Below are positions 12,763-24,563 of a stretch of DNA of 64,000 nt, in pieces. Position 1 is the first letter of the stretch, and every line of letters begins with the position of its first letter. The notes beneath the pieces were generated by a model, which was given only the letters and a program-made list of their open reading frames with translations, ran no database searches and was not told where the DNA came from. The position numbers and the translations under genes are program-made. The stretch comes from Podarcis bocagei (Eukaryota), in assembly GCA_964188305.1 (NCBI GenBank), contig OZ076886.1, one strand, 5' to 3'.

Positions 12763-13350
12763 TCTTTCCAATCACCCACCTTTGAGGATTCCGCCTTTTG
12801 TCACATTTCATAGGGATTCCTGGCAAGTAATACGATCAACACAGTTCCTAGCTTCCCATAGGGCAGGGATCATAAGCACTGATCATGTTTGAAACTAGGT
12901 TACATTTATAGTGTAGAATTGCCCTCCAAGGAACATTCTCACTGAGAGAGGAACAAAGCCTGCTTTGTACACAATGAGCTTGACCAGCAACCACAGATTT
13001 CCCTCTCTCCCAATATTTTCCTGGGATGCCATGTTCTTGTATATGGGCTTTTGTGACGTTAAACTAACCCTCCCACTGACAAATACCACCCCCACTGGCC
13101 ATAATCAGTGGAGATTCTTACTATGAGAAAACCAGAAAAAAGCCTCCAGCTGGCACAGCTCACAACGATGTAGCAATGTCTGCAGCATCTCTGGGAGCAT
13201 GCTGTGCAATCAAAAGCCATGGAAGCCAGTTCCTTAATGACACAATTGTCAACTCCTCATATTTCCACAATGAATCCAAAATGCAACGCACAATGTATTG
13301 TGAAGTGAATTGCAGCAGCGAATCCTCCCCACCTGAGTTTGCTATTAAAG
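12763..13350 (-). promoter_or_regulatory. Copy 2 of duplicated candidate Pol II promoter
   Basis: Minus-strand TATAAAT 12910-12904; Inr-like TCAGT with A at 12880; perfect ACAAAG-CCTG-CTTTGT 12953-12968; donor-like AAG|GTGGGT at 12780/12779. Confidence 0.55.
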
Positions 13351-13671
13351 GGGGTGATGGAGCTGGAGAAAAACTTGTTGGCCGTCTAGTGCAATTTCCC
13401 ACTCAGGGCAGGAAATCTGGGGCCAGAAGATACACAACAGCTGCCCGCCCAACCTGTGTTTGAAGACCTCCAATGCACCCATCACTTGGCTTGACTTGGT
13501 CCTTGCACTCTTGGGCAGCAGATGTGGGAAAGACATTCTTTTTGTATCCTTCCCAGTAGTTTTCTTCTCTCTTCCTCTCTCCCCCTCTCTGAACAGGCAA
13601 TATATTACTCAGTCTAACTTCTGACATTTTCAGCTCTACTAATGTGTGCATTTCATTTCATTTTTAAAATA

Positions 13672-13928
13672 CAGTGGACGCTTGGGTTGCGAACATGATC
13701 CGTGCAGGATGCACGTTCGCAACCCGCAGCATCTGCAACCCGCAGTGGCGCATCTGTGGCGCAGGTTGTAATTTGGCGCTTCTGCGCATGCGCAAAATGC
13801 GATTTAGCACTTCTGCGCATGCATGACCATTGAAACCCGAAAGTAACCTCTTCCGGTACTTCCGGGTTTTGGCGGTCCATAACCCAAAAAAACGCAACCT
13901 GAAGCATCTGTAACCCAAGGTATGACTG
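13672..13928. mobile_element. Tigger/pogo-like (Tc1/mariner superfamily) MITE
   Basis: TA|CAGTGGACGCTTGGGTT...AACCCAAGGTATGACTG|TA; internal palindromes such as TGCGCATGCGCA. Confidence 0.8.
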
Positions 13929-14855
13929 TATGTTTTCATCATCAATTCCCATCCAAAGAGGGGGTGTGCTACATGCATGCATACAAACATTTGAATCAAA
14001 GTGTTACCAACTGTAGTTTATTCATTTTCATTAATTTCGCAACATTTATATACCATTTGATTGTAATACAGCCTCCAAGCAGTTAAAACACAAAAACCAC
14101 ATTAAAATTATCAATAAAAGACTGCTAAAAATAGGTGTTTAAAACATTCAAAAGATAATGAAAAATCAGCAGCAAGAAAATGAGATTAAAACACATGTCA
14201 GCATACCGCATGTCTGGCTAGGTAGGTGTAGTCTTTTTATTATTATTATCAGATACGACACACATGTTTTGCCAAGATCTTCTGCAACCTGGCTGCGAGA
14301 GCTGCCCAGGCATGGTTACAAGCTACATTTAAGGAGAGGAGGTCAAGAATAGAAATGAATAAATATATGGCTAGATAGAAACTCTATGCAACAGTGGGCT
14401 GGCCGGGTGGGGACATGGAACTGGCCTAGCTTGCTAGGTTGGCAGAGACAAGTTCAACAGCAAGGCTGGTATTCAGCAGAGCTGTTATCAGGTCTGCAGA
14501 AGGGCATCTCCCAAGAAGCGGCAGTGGAGGCAGACACCAGGCTGGTGAGGGAGAGTTCAGCTGCTGATGACTCAAGGGTCGTGACTCAGCACCTTTGGTT
14601 GGGTGTGGTTCACTGCAACAGCAGCAGCTGCAGTCACAACTGAGTCTCCTGATACTGACTGAGAGGAAAGTATCTATTAAAGCAGATTAATCATTGCTTT
14701 GGAGACAGTTTTGGATGGACTAGCCTCCTCTTTGAGCATAAGCCTAGGACGCCTTAGCAGTACTTATCAGCTCACGGCTCGGGGTGGCTCAGTGTTGGTT
14801 TCCCCCTCTCTCTGTGCAGCAGGTTTCCTCTGCAAGCAGAATAACAACAACAACA

Positions 14856-15243
14856 ATTTATTTAGTTATACCCTGTCCATCTGGATTGGATTTCCCCAGC
14901 CACTCTGGGCGGCTCACAACAGAATATTAAAAACATGATAAAACATCAAACATTAAAAACTTCCCTAAGCAGGGCTGCCTTCAGATGTCAGATAGTTGTT
15001 TATTTCCTTGACATCTGATGGGAAGGTGTTCCACTGGATGGATGCCACTATCGAGAAGGCCCTCTGCCTGGTTCCCTGTAACCTCACTTCTCACAGGGAG
15101 GGAACCACCAGAAGGCCCTCGGAGCTGGACCGCAGTGTCCGGGCAGAACAATGGGGATGGAGACGCTCCTTCAGGTATCCTGGGCTGAGGCCGATTAGGG
15201 CTTTAAAGGTCAGCACCAACACTTTGAATTGTGCTCAGAAACA
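14856..15243 (-). mobile_element. L2 LINE 3' end
   Basis: Reverse complement of the family at 62836-63165 (CAGCCACTCTGGGCGGCT, GAGAAGGCCCTCTGCCTGG); repeat tail on the left side. Confidence 0.85.
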
Positions 15244-15664
15244 TGCTGGGATGGGAGCACTCCCTGTATCATCACAGAGAAGGCGCCTTCGGGAGCTACA
15301 CACAGACTCACGGGCCGCTCTTGGAGTAGGCAGCTCCTGCTGTGAACTGGGAGCCTGTATTGCAGAGGATTCTGGGGCAGATGGCACAGCACAGAGATGG
15401 GGAAACTGTGAACCGTCCCAAGTTGCCAGGCTACAAACTTCCATCGTTCCTTGACCATTGGCCTTGCTGGCTGGGCCTGGTGGGAGCTGGAGTCCAACAA
15501 CTTCTGCTGGACCACAGGTTTTCTGCTTCTGGAATAGGGAGAAAGCTACACCAGGAGCAGCACTGACACAGAAGAGCACGCTCCCTTTGAACTACGTCAT
15601 CCAGGGCAGCTGCCAAACCTGCTTATTAGTCCACTTGGAGCCAGACGCAAAAAGGGGGTGTTTG

Positions 15665-15850
15665 TGTGAGCATGATGTAATGGTAGAGTTTTCAACCTGG
15701 AATGGGAAGACCCAAGTTCACATCCCCCCTCAGCTGTAACACTCACTGGGTAACTTGAAGGTCTGTCTAATCTATTTTGAGGGTCTGTGTGAGACATATG
15801 CAGTGTTGGCTCCTTGGAGAAAAGGCAGAATATCAATGGCATAAATACAA
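15665..15850 (+). mobile_element. Degenerate CORE/MIR-like SINE
   Basis: Resembles 36100-36345 (ACTCACTGGGTAAC, GGCTCCTTGGAGAAAAGG). Confidence 0.45.
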
Positions 15851-16495
15851 TGGAGCAGGATAAAAGCAACCTGCTTTAGATCACGGAGGAAGAGAATACA
15901 GAAAGGCAAAGAATGCTGTTTGAATGGTGCAGCAAGATTTTTAAAGTGTTGGCTCTAGCTGGGTTTGGCAGGGCGGGGGTGTAGCAACCAAGGTTTTGCT
16001 TCAGGGTGTCTTGGTGTGTTACTGAAAAGATGTCTATCTATATGCAAGTATGTAAATAACTTACCTTTTCCTTGTCTTCTTAAGTTTACTTTTCACTTTC
16101 TAAAAGTACAATCTCATATACCCCCTCCAACAAGCATTCCATGCATATTTAATGCAAATAGTGCAATCAAACATTAAGTTTGGTAAATAGTTGGAATTGA
16201 TTGCATCAGTTAGGTGTCTTCTACTTCTCCGACTTGACAGATTGTGCCAGAGCGAGCCATGGATAGCTGGTGGCAAGGGGGCTACACTGTCCTCCCCCCT
16301 GTACTGAATCAACATGTACTACATAGTTTCTAAATTGTCTTTGTGTTCCTGAACACTCTGATTCTTCATTCATTTATCCCAAACATTGTGATCAGATAGG
16401 ATCTCTGGACATGAAAGTGAAACCTGCCTGCTAAAGGTTTTCTAAATATCCATGGCATTTCCCCCCTTGGATCTTGAGCCACCAGTTCCCCCTTG

Positions 16496-16967
16496 CAGTG
16501 GCGTAGCATGGGGGGTGCCAGGGGTGCCGGCCGCACCGGGCGCAACATTTGGGGGGGCGCGTTTAGCCGGCCCTCCTCGAGGAAGCAGGAACCCCACTGT
16601 CCTCGGACCTCCTCCAAAGGCTGGCGGTGGGGCGGAGAGACTTCCTCCCGCCGCCAGCCTTCGGAAGGCTGCTCCGAAGCCTGGCGGTGGGGCGGAGAGA
16701 CCTTCTCCCCGCGCCAGCCTTCGGAAGGCTGCTCCGAAGCCTGGCGGTGGGGCGGAGAGACCTTCTCCCCACGCCAGCCTTCGGATGGCTGTCCTGAAGA
16801 CTTGTGGTGGGAGCAGTGGCGTAGCGTGGGGGGTGCAGGGGGGCCTGCTGCACCTGGCGCAACATCTGGGAGGGGCGCGGAAGAGGCTCGAGTGCTAAAA
16901 TCCACGGGTTAGGGGGCGCAAATTACTTGCCTTGCCCCGGGTGCTGAGAACCCACGCTACGCCAGTG
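16496..16967. mobile_element. hAT (Tip100-like) element with internal 3 x 60-bp minisatellite
   Basis: TIR CAGTGGCGTAGC / GCTACGCCAGTG; perfect TSD CCCCCTTG; 60-bp units at 16621-16800; second left-end copy near 16814. Confidence 0.9.
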
Positions 16968-19620
16968 CCCCCTTGTCCTGAAAATGCCTTGAAAACTCGT
17001 GCTACATATGTGCGCGAAGCCTAAAAGCATCTGAGCAGAGCTGTCTGGTTAGTGACACTTCCAAGCCTGGAACAGTAATTCCTTGTTTGCAGACCTCTTT
17101 ACCGTTAGGGTTAAATGTGATTGTAACTGAAGTACATTGATTAACCCGAAATAACTTTCTCTCAGTTTGCTGGCTGCTCAAGAATACTCAGGGGACCTGC
17201 TTTTGTTCTGAGTTAGTCATTCAGGAGCCCTGGCTCCAATTTTTATGTAGCTATTGAAACTGAGTGAACCAGAAAAGCACCCGGAACTACACAAGGACAC
17301 ATAGTACAGTTTAATTAGTTTAGAGAGAAGTTTAATCCCCCCCCCACTCTCCCTAAGCATTACTCAGACAGAGACTTTGCTTTTACGTATATGGTCTTGT
17401 TAAAATAATTTCATAGATGGTATATACAGTAGTTTAGAGCAAGCTGGAGGCTGAGGAACCAGGGCAAAGGTGGTTGTGGGGAATAAGTACACTCATTCAC
17501 TTGGTGCAAAATCCTAGAAGAGTGTTTTACGTGGCTGCCATTTGCAGATTTGTGTGTTGAGGAAAGCGAGCAGGCGACGATGGCGACACTGCCAGTGCAA
17601 GAAGTGGGGCTAAGGTGTCTATTAATAGACACAGAAATTCCTCTCCAGAATATAAGCAAGCATTTTCCAGGTTATCAGGGTGAAGAACAGCTAGAACATA
17701 ACATAGTATTGTATATAAACAGCAGAATGTATCATTTGATGTAATAAACCAGAAATGGAAGCCAAGGGAAGTCAACGGGGTGTGTGTGTGTGAAAAACTT
17801 AGGTTTAGTATTGATATTGGATATTTGTTTTGAAAATGGAAAATCAATCAAATCTTTAACAAGAAAAAGAAAAGAAAATGGCCATAAATTTAGAGGTAGA
17901 GCACATTCTTTGCATGCAGAGGGTCTCAGCTTCAGTCTCCACCCTCTCTAACCCTGAAACCCTGGGGTCGGTTGCAAGTCAGTGTAGACCAAGAGTAGCC
18001 AGGAATAGTCCTCCAGTTGTGGCCGGACTTCAGTTCACATGAGACTCAGCCGGCATGGCCAATGTATAGAGACCAAATACACGGTTACTTCAGATTCCTC
18101 TTCGAAAACGGCACGTGGTGGTGCATTTTATTTTATTTTTTACTTAACAATATTTATATACTTCACGACTGAAAATTAAAAAAACACAAACATCTCCAAG
18201 GGGTTAGAGTTTTAAACTCTGGACTCAACTGTTTGACAACAAAACCCCCTTTTAGATGGTAATGTGATTTACGTCACTTCCTTCAAAATGTGGTAAGCTG
18301 GCCCTGCTGGAAGGTCTGCCCAGCCTACGCTACTTCTTCCGAGGTGGCACAGGCCGGGTGCTGCGGAGGACGACTGGAGAAAGGTAGGTGGCGGACGGAA
18401 GGAGGGGGATGCGCAGGGGTTGGTAGCAGGGAAGGGGGCAAGGGACGGGGTCAGCAGGGTGGTGGTGATGGTGCCCCGAATTGCCCTCCCAAAATGTTGT
18501 GGGGTATGGTACAAGTTGAACCAAGTGCCAGGATTCATTGAGGTGGATCAAGAAGACCACCTGCCGGTTGTCTTACCAAAAGGAAAAGGTCATGAGGATT
18601 ATCTTCAGGGGCAAGTTTCCCTGCATGGAAGCAGACCAGAGGAAAAGCTTACAGCTGAAAGCAGAATCAACAGCCCTTGCTTCATAGGAGCAAGCACAGA
18701 GGAATTTGGCAGCAGTTAGTTAGATGCTATGCTTGTTTCTGCTTTCATGCGAGAGCTTAAGAAGTGATTGAAGGGCAATTTCCCAGTTAACAACAAAATG
18801 AATAGAATAAAAGAGCAACAAAATAGAAAATACAGGACAGGACCTTTGTATGCAGTAATTTTTAATGGTTTGCTATTCCATTCTATCTATTGTTCTCTCT
18901 GCCTCAGATGAGAGCTGCTTTTAATGAAGCTCTTTGGAATCAGTAGCAGGTACTTACTGGAACGCTACATCCAGGGCAGTTGGCGATTGTCCTTTTAACA
19001 GTCTGGCGGAGGCAGACAATTTATTTATTTTTTTGGTAGGGAAGAGTATTCTAAATTTCGCTTCTCAAAACCAGACATTCTGCCCACAGCATGGAATTTA
19101 TGTCAACCCAAGACAATCTGGGAGCTTGATGCTCAAGGTGGGAACTCTGGCTATGTTAAAACAACAATTCTCTCTTATGTTCCAGTGCTGGCTTTATTAT
19201 ATTTTGAAGTAGATTCATTGCATACCCTACAGAGAAGCCCCTGAATCAACGTTAAAAATGTTTAAAAATACATAAAATAATAAAACCAATAAAACTATGT
19301 TAATTTATCATAAACAAAGCATTAAAAACACAAATAACCAACCCATCCGCAGTGAGACTTAAAAACTCGGAAAGATAGCTAAATAGTCCTTAACTGTGCC
19401 CTGAATAAATATTACAGATGCTGCTAAAGATGGCATTGCATTCGCATAACTTAAGATGCTATGTAAGCCAGGCAACAAAATTTTCAAGCAAAATTATGCC
19501 ACTCACTTTTAATGACACAGTATAGCAACACCACTCCATCAATCACAGTGTTACATGCTGATACCTGGAACGAACCAGGGTATGGCAAGGGCCAAATGAT
19601 GCCATGATAACCATGAGCAA

Positions 19621-19661
19621 TTACTACTACTACTACTACTACTAACAACAACAACAACAAC
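19621..19661. repeat. Compound (TAC)n(AAC)n microsatellite
   Basis: Seen directly. Confidence 0.9.
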
Positions 19662-19990
19662 CCAAAAGGCAGGGTGTAAATGTTTTTGGGAAATGAAATG
19701 GTGTAACCCTACCCTGCAGCGCTCAGGCAAATCACAAAGAGGCACAACTCCACCCAGTGCCCAACACCACGGCACATTCAGTGGCAGGAGTCCAGGGGAA
19801 TATAGGAAGCTGATGGGGGGGGGCTTTCCACTGACTGTAAGGAAAATTTTTCTTAACTTTTGCCTCCTCTAATGCCCTAGTAGCATTATGCTGTCCCTGG
19901 TGGCTATTCACATCTCCCACAGTGCCTCATAGTGATGCTATGCCAGGAGCACTATGGGAAATTTAAACAGTGTCTCCTTGAATCAGCCTA

Positions 19991-20233
19991 CAGTGGTACC
20001 TCGGGTTACAGACCCTTCAGGTTACAGATGCTTCAGGTTACAGACTCCGCTAACCCAGAAATAGTACCTCGGGTTAAGAACTTTGCTTCAGGATGAGAAC
20101 AGAAATCGGGCTCTGGCGGCAGCAGAGGCAGCGGGAGGCCCCATTAGCTAAAGTGGTGCTTCAGGTTAAGAACAGTTTCAGGTTAAGAACGGACCTCCGG
20201 AACGAATTAAGTTCTTAACCTGAGGTACCACTG
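19991..20233. mobile_element. Tigger/pogo-like MITE
   Basis: TA|CAGTGGTACCTCGGGTTA...TAACCTGAGGTACCACTG|TA. Confidence 0.9.
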
Positions 20234-20514
20234 TATTTTAAAAAAGGGAATTTGTGGCATTGGTGCAGATGGCAAGATTTCTCACGCCAAAGTGCAAGGG
20301 TTAATTTGTTTTTCACGTGCTAAACATGTAATAGCAAGAGTCACACAGGGTGCGGAGCTGATTAACAGCTCTCGCTGCATCCAGAGAGCCCTGGCTGCAA
20401 ACTGGGCTCACAATTGGGATGGGGAGTGTTGCTTAGCAACCAGGTGGAGCCAAAGAAGTTGCCTTCAGCCTGGGTTTCTTGAACGTAAAGAGGCCAGTGT
20501 GCTTTTATACATTT

Positions 20515-20723
20515 AGTTCCATTTCGTACATTTATTTCCCAGTTTTCCTTCAAGGAATCCAAGGTGGCATACATGGTTCTTCCTTTGTCTGTTTTCTCCT
20601 CACAACAAAGCTATGAGGTAGATTACGCTGACAGTGACTGGCCCAAGGTCACCTAGTGAGCTTCATGGCTGAGCAAGGATTCGAACCCTGGTCTCCCAGG
20701 CCCTAGTCCAACCCCTACACCAG
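20515..20723 (-). mobile_element. CORE/L2-tailed tRNA SINE (Squam3/MIR-like)
   Basis: Reverse complement of the 36100-36345 family; B box seen as GATTCGAACCC. Confidence 0.75.
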
Positions 20724-20775
20724 TGTACTGGAAAGAGACTAGCATTTTTTGTACGCTACCCCAATCTCTGAGTGG

Positions 20776-21304
20776 TGTGAGATTCTTGGGGTTTGAGGCG
20801 CTTACCCAAGGTTCATGTTTCCTTTTGGGAATGAGGCACAGCGGAGACAGTGGTGTCTTTATGATATATGGTTTATTTACACATATTTACAATCTGAACC
20901 TCTGATGGAGGCGTTCACTGCATCAACACCCCGAAAAGGGTCTTGCTTCTCCCATAGCCACAGCCTTGGATTGAAACAGGCATCAAACATAACTTTCTGA
21001 CTTTCTATCCAGCTTGATGCTTTACTTATAGTTTGCATCACAGGAAGCTCTGCTTGCAGCTCAGGAATTATCCTTACAACTATCTAAGAGTTGAAGGAGG
21101 AGCACCATCCATTTGTTATTTGGCAAAGAGGCTCCTTTCCTTCGTTCTCTTAATGGCCGATCACCTAGGCGATCACCTCAACAGGATGCTAGCCTGCCTT
21201 ATATTTTAACACTTGCTAGATCAAGGGATTCAGGAAGCTAGCCTGGCTTTTGATTAGCTTCCAACACTTGCTAGATCCAGGGATTAAAGGGGTATGGCAC
21301 CCAC
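20776..21304 (-). mobile_element. Possible solo LTR
   Basis: TGTG...CACA termini, TTTATT (reverse polyA signal) near 20872, internal direct repeat AACACTTGCTAGATC x2; no convincing TSD. Confidence 0.35.
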
Positions 21305-21459
21305 AAACTCATAACACTATTCAGTATGTGTAGTGGTTTCATTCTGTTAGTTGCCTGGTTCGCTCTTCCCTTCAATATGTCTGACTGCTTCAGCTCTGCT
21401 TGTGCACTACTAGTTTCGACAACAACACAAACAATGTAACAGGCTGTATGTAACTGTAT

Positions 21460-21660
21460 AAATTCTTTTTCAAATGCAATTCAACATATCATATAAAAAT
21501 ATATGGTTCTATAGACCAACTTACCAAATAAACAAAACGTATTATGAGAAATTAAAGTCCAGCATGTTGACCAGGAAATACAATCTATTCAATTCTTATA
21601 TTAGCAATATCCACGGTGTGGAATTCTAATATCTTGTAGAGTTCCACGTGAAGATGCATT
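21460..21660 (-). mobile_element. Possible L1-like fragment
   Basis: AT-rich, decayed RT C-terminal-like sequence; weak. Confidence 0.25.
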
Positions 21661-22149
21661 TTGTGTGTGTGTGAAGATGGTTTTAAGAATTCTAGCGTTC
21701 CTCATATGCAGGTTTCAGACGAAGAACTTGGAAGAATGGTACATGCAGAAAACAAGACAAGGATTCCAGGATAATTCCTTGTTTTGCCTTGTCTTATTTT
21801 CTGGATTCAGTCTGCTCTATTCAGCCACTTCTGCTAACGTGCTGGAGCATGGCAGCCCTAACAGTGGCCAGGAGGCTTTGTAAATGCTGGTTATTATAAA
21901 CACAGCATATGGTATTAATTGGCGTATTACAAGATGTTTAGGCTTCTCTAAAAGTAAAGTTGCTATAGTGTTCACCTTCTGCTTTAAACATATGGAAGCA
22001 GAGCACAGCAAGTCTTTCAACAGTCAGCTTCAGGTGGAAAAGAAAAAAGGAAAAGGAAACAAATGGCAACAATAATATCAGAGGAAAAAGCTGGAGGAAC
22101 CCATGAAATCAGACTATTTAAGGCTTTCAGCCATCATACATGATTGTGC

Positions 22150-22540
22150 TTTAGAGAGCTAAAAGCCAGAATAACATTGACTAGCTGATGAGTGTAAAGA
22201 CCATCAATGGCAAAAAGTGAATACCAACTAAACTGTAAATAAGAAAATACTACGCCTTTACCTATATAAAAGAGCAACTGCTTAAAACCAGGCAACATAG
22301 AAATAATAAATAAAGCAAAAAAAAATTAAATACAAGAAAAACCAAAAGATATCTGTAAAAGCACATTATACAGTTCTTACAAATAGAAGAGCAAAGTGTT
22401 ATACATTGAACATACATATTGGTGTACATAGAAAATAGAAGGAGAGAGCGGGGATATAGGATTGTCAGATATATTTTATTGACTCAACCATAGTCTTAAA
22501 TGTTGGATTTAATTTTTTAATAAATAAATAAAAAAATGAA
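22150..22540 (+). mobile_element. Possible L1-like 3' end
   Basis: Strong A skew ending in AATAAATAAATAAAAAAA. Confidence 0.35.
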
Positions 22541-23353
22541 GAAAACAATTCATCTTCAAACTGAGAGGAATTTTGTTTTTGTATTTTTTAAAAAAGAAAA
22601 TTAAAAACCTGACATTTATCAGGAAACTGCCCCTTCTAATGAAATAGCCATTTTCCATTGGGGGGCGGGGAGCCAGTTCTAAACATCAGGGCCTCAAACC
22701 AGTACAAAACCTACTGAATACAAAGAATTCAGCACTGTGTTGGATTGCAGCCCAGAACTATGTCAGACTCCCAGATACGAAAGGTTGCATTTTAGCTAGC
22801 TGGATCATGGGACCAGCAGCCAGACTCCTTGTTGCCCCATGATACCCGTCTGACAGACAAGCTGGACTGTAAAATGAAAGACTCTGGAGTTTCTGTGTCA
22901 TCTAATGCAAGAGGTCAGCTTCTAATGCAGAATAAAGTACTTATTCCCCACTGGGTCCTAAGAATCTGAGCTTTAGTTTGTGTTCTTTTTGCTTTTTATT
23001 TTGCAGGTTTCTTGTTTAAGGGGAAAACTGTCAACGTATCCTGGGGACTTAGACAAATGTTAGCAGAGCCAGTAGGCCAAGACACTTCTCTGGAGTGAAG
23101 CAGTAAATGATACCTCCTCCCTCCCCAAATCAAGGTGCATAATACTTAAGGCACCTCAGGCAGAAAATTGTACAAGTGCTTCTCTGTCTCTCTGGCAGTA
23201 AAAATACAGTAACAACACATTAGGTAACAAACGGTGAGCAGCCCTTTCATGACACTCTGGGGGAGACAAACCATAAGCCCATGTCTGGATGTACCGCTAA
23301 GCAGCAGTGTAGTGGCAGATTCAGAAGTGATTTTGAAGGATCTCTTCTTTATA

Positions 23354-23566
23354 CAGTGGTACCTCGGGTTAAGTACTTGATTCGTTCCAGAGGTCTGTTC
23401 TTAACCTGAAACTGTTCTTAACCTGAAGCACCACTTTAGCTAATGGGGCCTCCCGCTGCTGCCGCACCGCCGGACCACGATTTCTGTTCTTAACCCAAAG
23501 TATTACCGGTATTTCTGGGTTAGCGGAGTCTCTAACCTGAAACATATGTAACCCGAGGTACCACTG
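23354..23566. mobile_element. Tigger/pogo-like MITE (opposite orientation to 19991)
   Basis: Same TIR CAGTGGTACCTCGGGTTA; TA TSD. Confidence 0.9.
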
Positions 23567-24185
23567 TAGTCACAGCCACACACCCTTCTAAAGCTATACA
23601 ACATTCTAAGGTTACACAATAATCTTATAATTATAGAATAATGATAATTTGCTATTGGTTGCAATGATCAATGCTGCTCTCCATGTGTCGCCTTTCAGCT
23701 AGGTCTACTATTTTCTGTGCGTGTACTTGGGCAAATTATTTGGAGCACTCCAATATCTCCTTTTGGAGAAGTTCTGTTTTCCTCAAAGTTCCATTCTACA
23801 AAAGAGAAGCTGCATGCCATTCTCTTGAAACCAAAGCACCATGTGTTTTCAGTGTTCCTAAGTGCTGAGCTGTGGAGCACACATGACTCCTCGGTGTTCT
23901 TTTTGCACGGCTTCTCCAGAGTGACCTCAGGAGCCAATCCTTAGTGGCGTACTCACTTCCTTTCACTCTGATTGGCTCCAATCAGCCCAAAGGGTGAGAA
24001 GGTTTCTTCTCAATGGGTAAAATCATGCTACTTGGGCAGCTCATTAGAGGCAGAGACCTAGTTATGGAAGAAACAGGAATGGGTTTTCAACACTGGACCA
24101 CCTCACCTATGCTGCTAAGCGAAACCTGGGCAGCGCAGCAGCAACATGACCAGGCGAGGGCACAGCGGCAGAAACCTTCGCTGTA

Positions 24186-24563
24186 AAAGGTAAAGGTAAA
24201 GGACCCTGGGATGGTTCAGTCCAATCAAAGGCAACTATGGGGTTGCGGGGCTCATCTTGCTTTCAGGCAGAGGGAGCCGGTGTTTGTCCACAGACAGGTT
24301 TCCAGGTCATGTGGCCAGCATGACTAAACTGCTTCTGGCACAACAGGACACTGTGGCGGAAACCAGAGTGCATGGTAACACCGTTTCCCACCACAGCGGT
24401 ACCTATTTATCTACTTGCACTGGTGTGCTTTCAAACTGTTAGGTTGGCAGGAGCTGGGACAGAGCAACGGGAGCTCACCGTGTGGTGGGGATTCGAACCG
24501 CCAACCTTCCGATAGGCAAGCCCAAGAGGCTCAGTGGTTTAGACCACAGTGCCACCCGTGCCC
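24186..24563 (-). mobile_element. Sauria SINE (Squam1-type)
   Basis: (AAAGGT)n tail, tRNA-like head with B box GATTCGAACC; TSD CTTCGCTGTA/CTTTGCTGTA. Confidence 0.92.

Noticed and set aside
5785-13350. Reading the 550-bp direct repeats as paired LTRs of one retroelement
   Set aside because: No TG...CA termini, TSD, PBS/PPT or gag/pol remnants between them; homology fades gradually at the edges
16366-16912. Repetitive ORFs in four frames; spaced repeats superficially like a CRISPR array
   Set aside because: A 60-bp tandem minisatellite with no unique spacers, inside a eukaryotic MITE
17411-17847. Exon-like CpG-containing segment
   Set aside because: No frame gave a recognisable protein and splice signals were inconsistent
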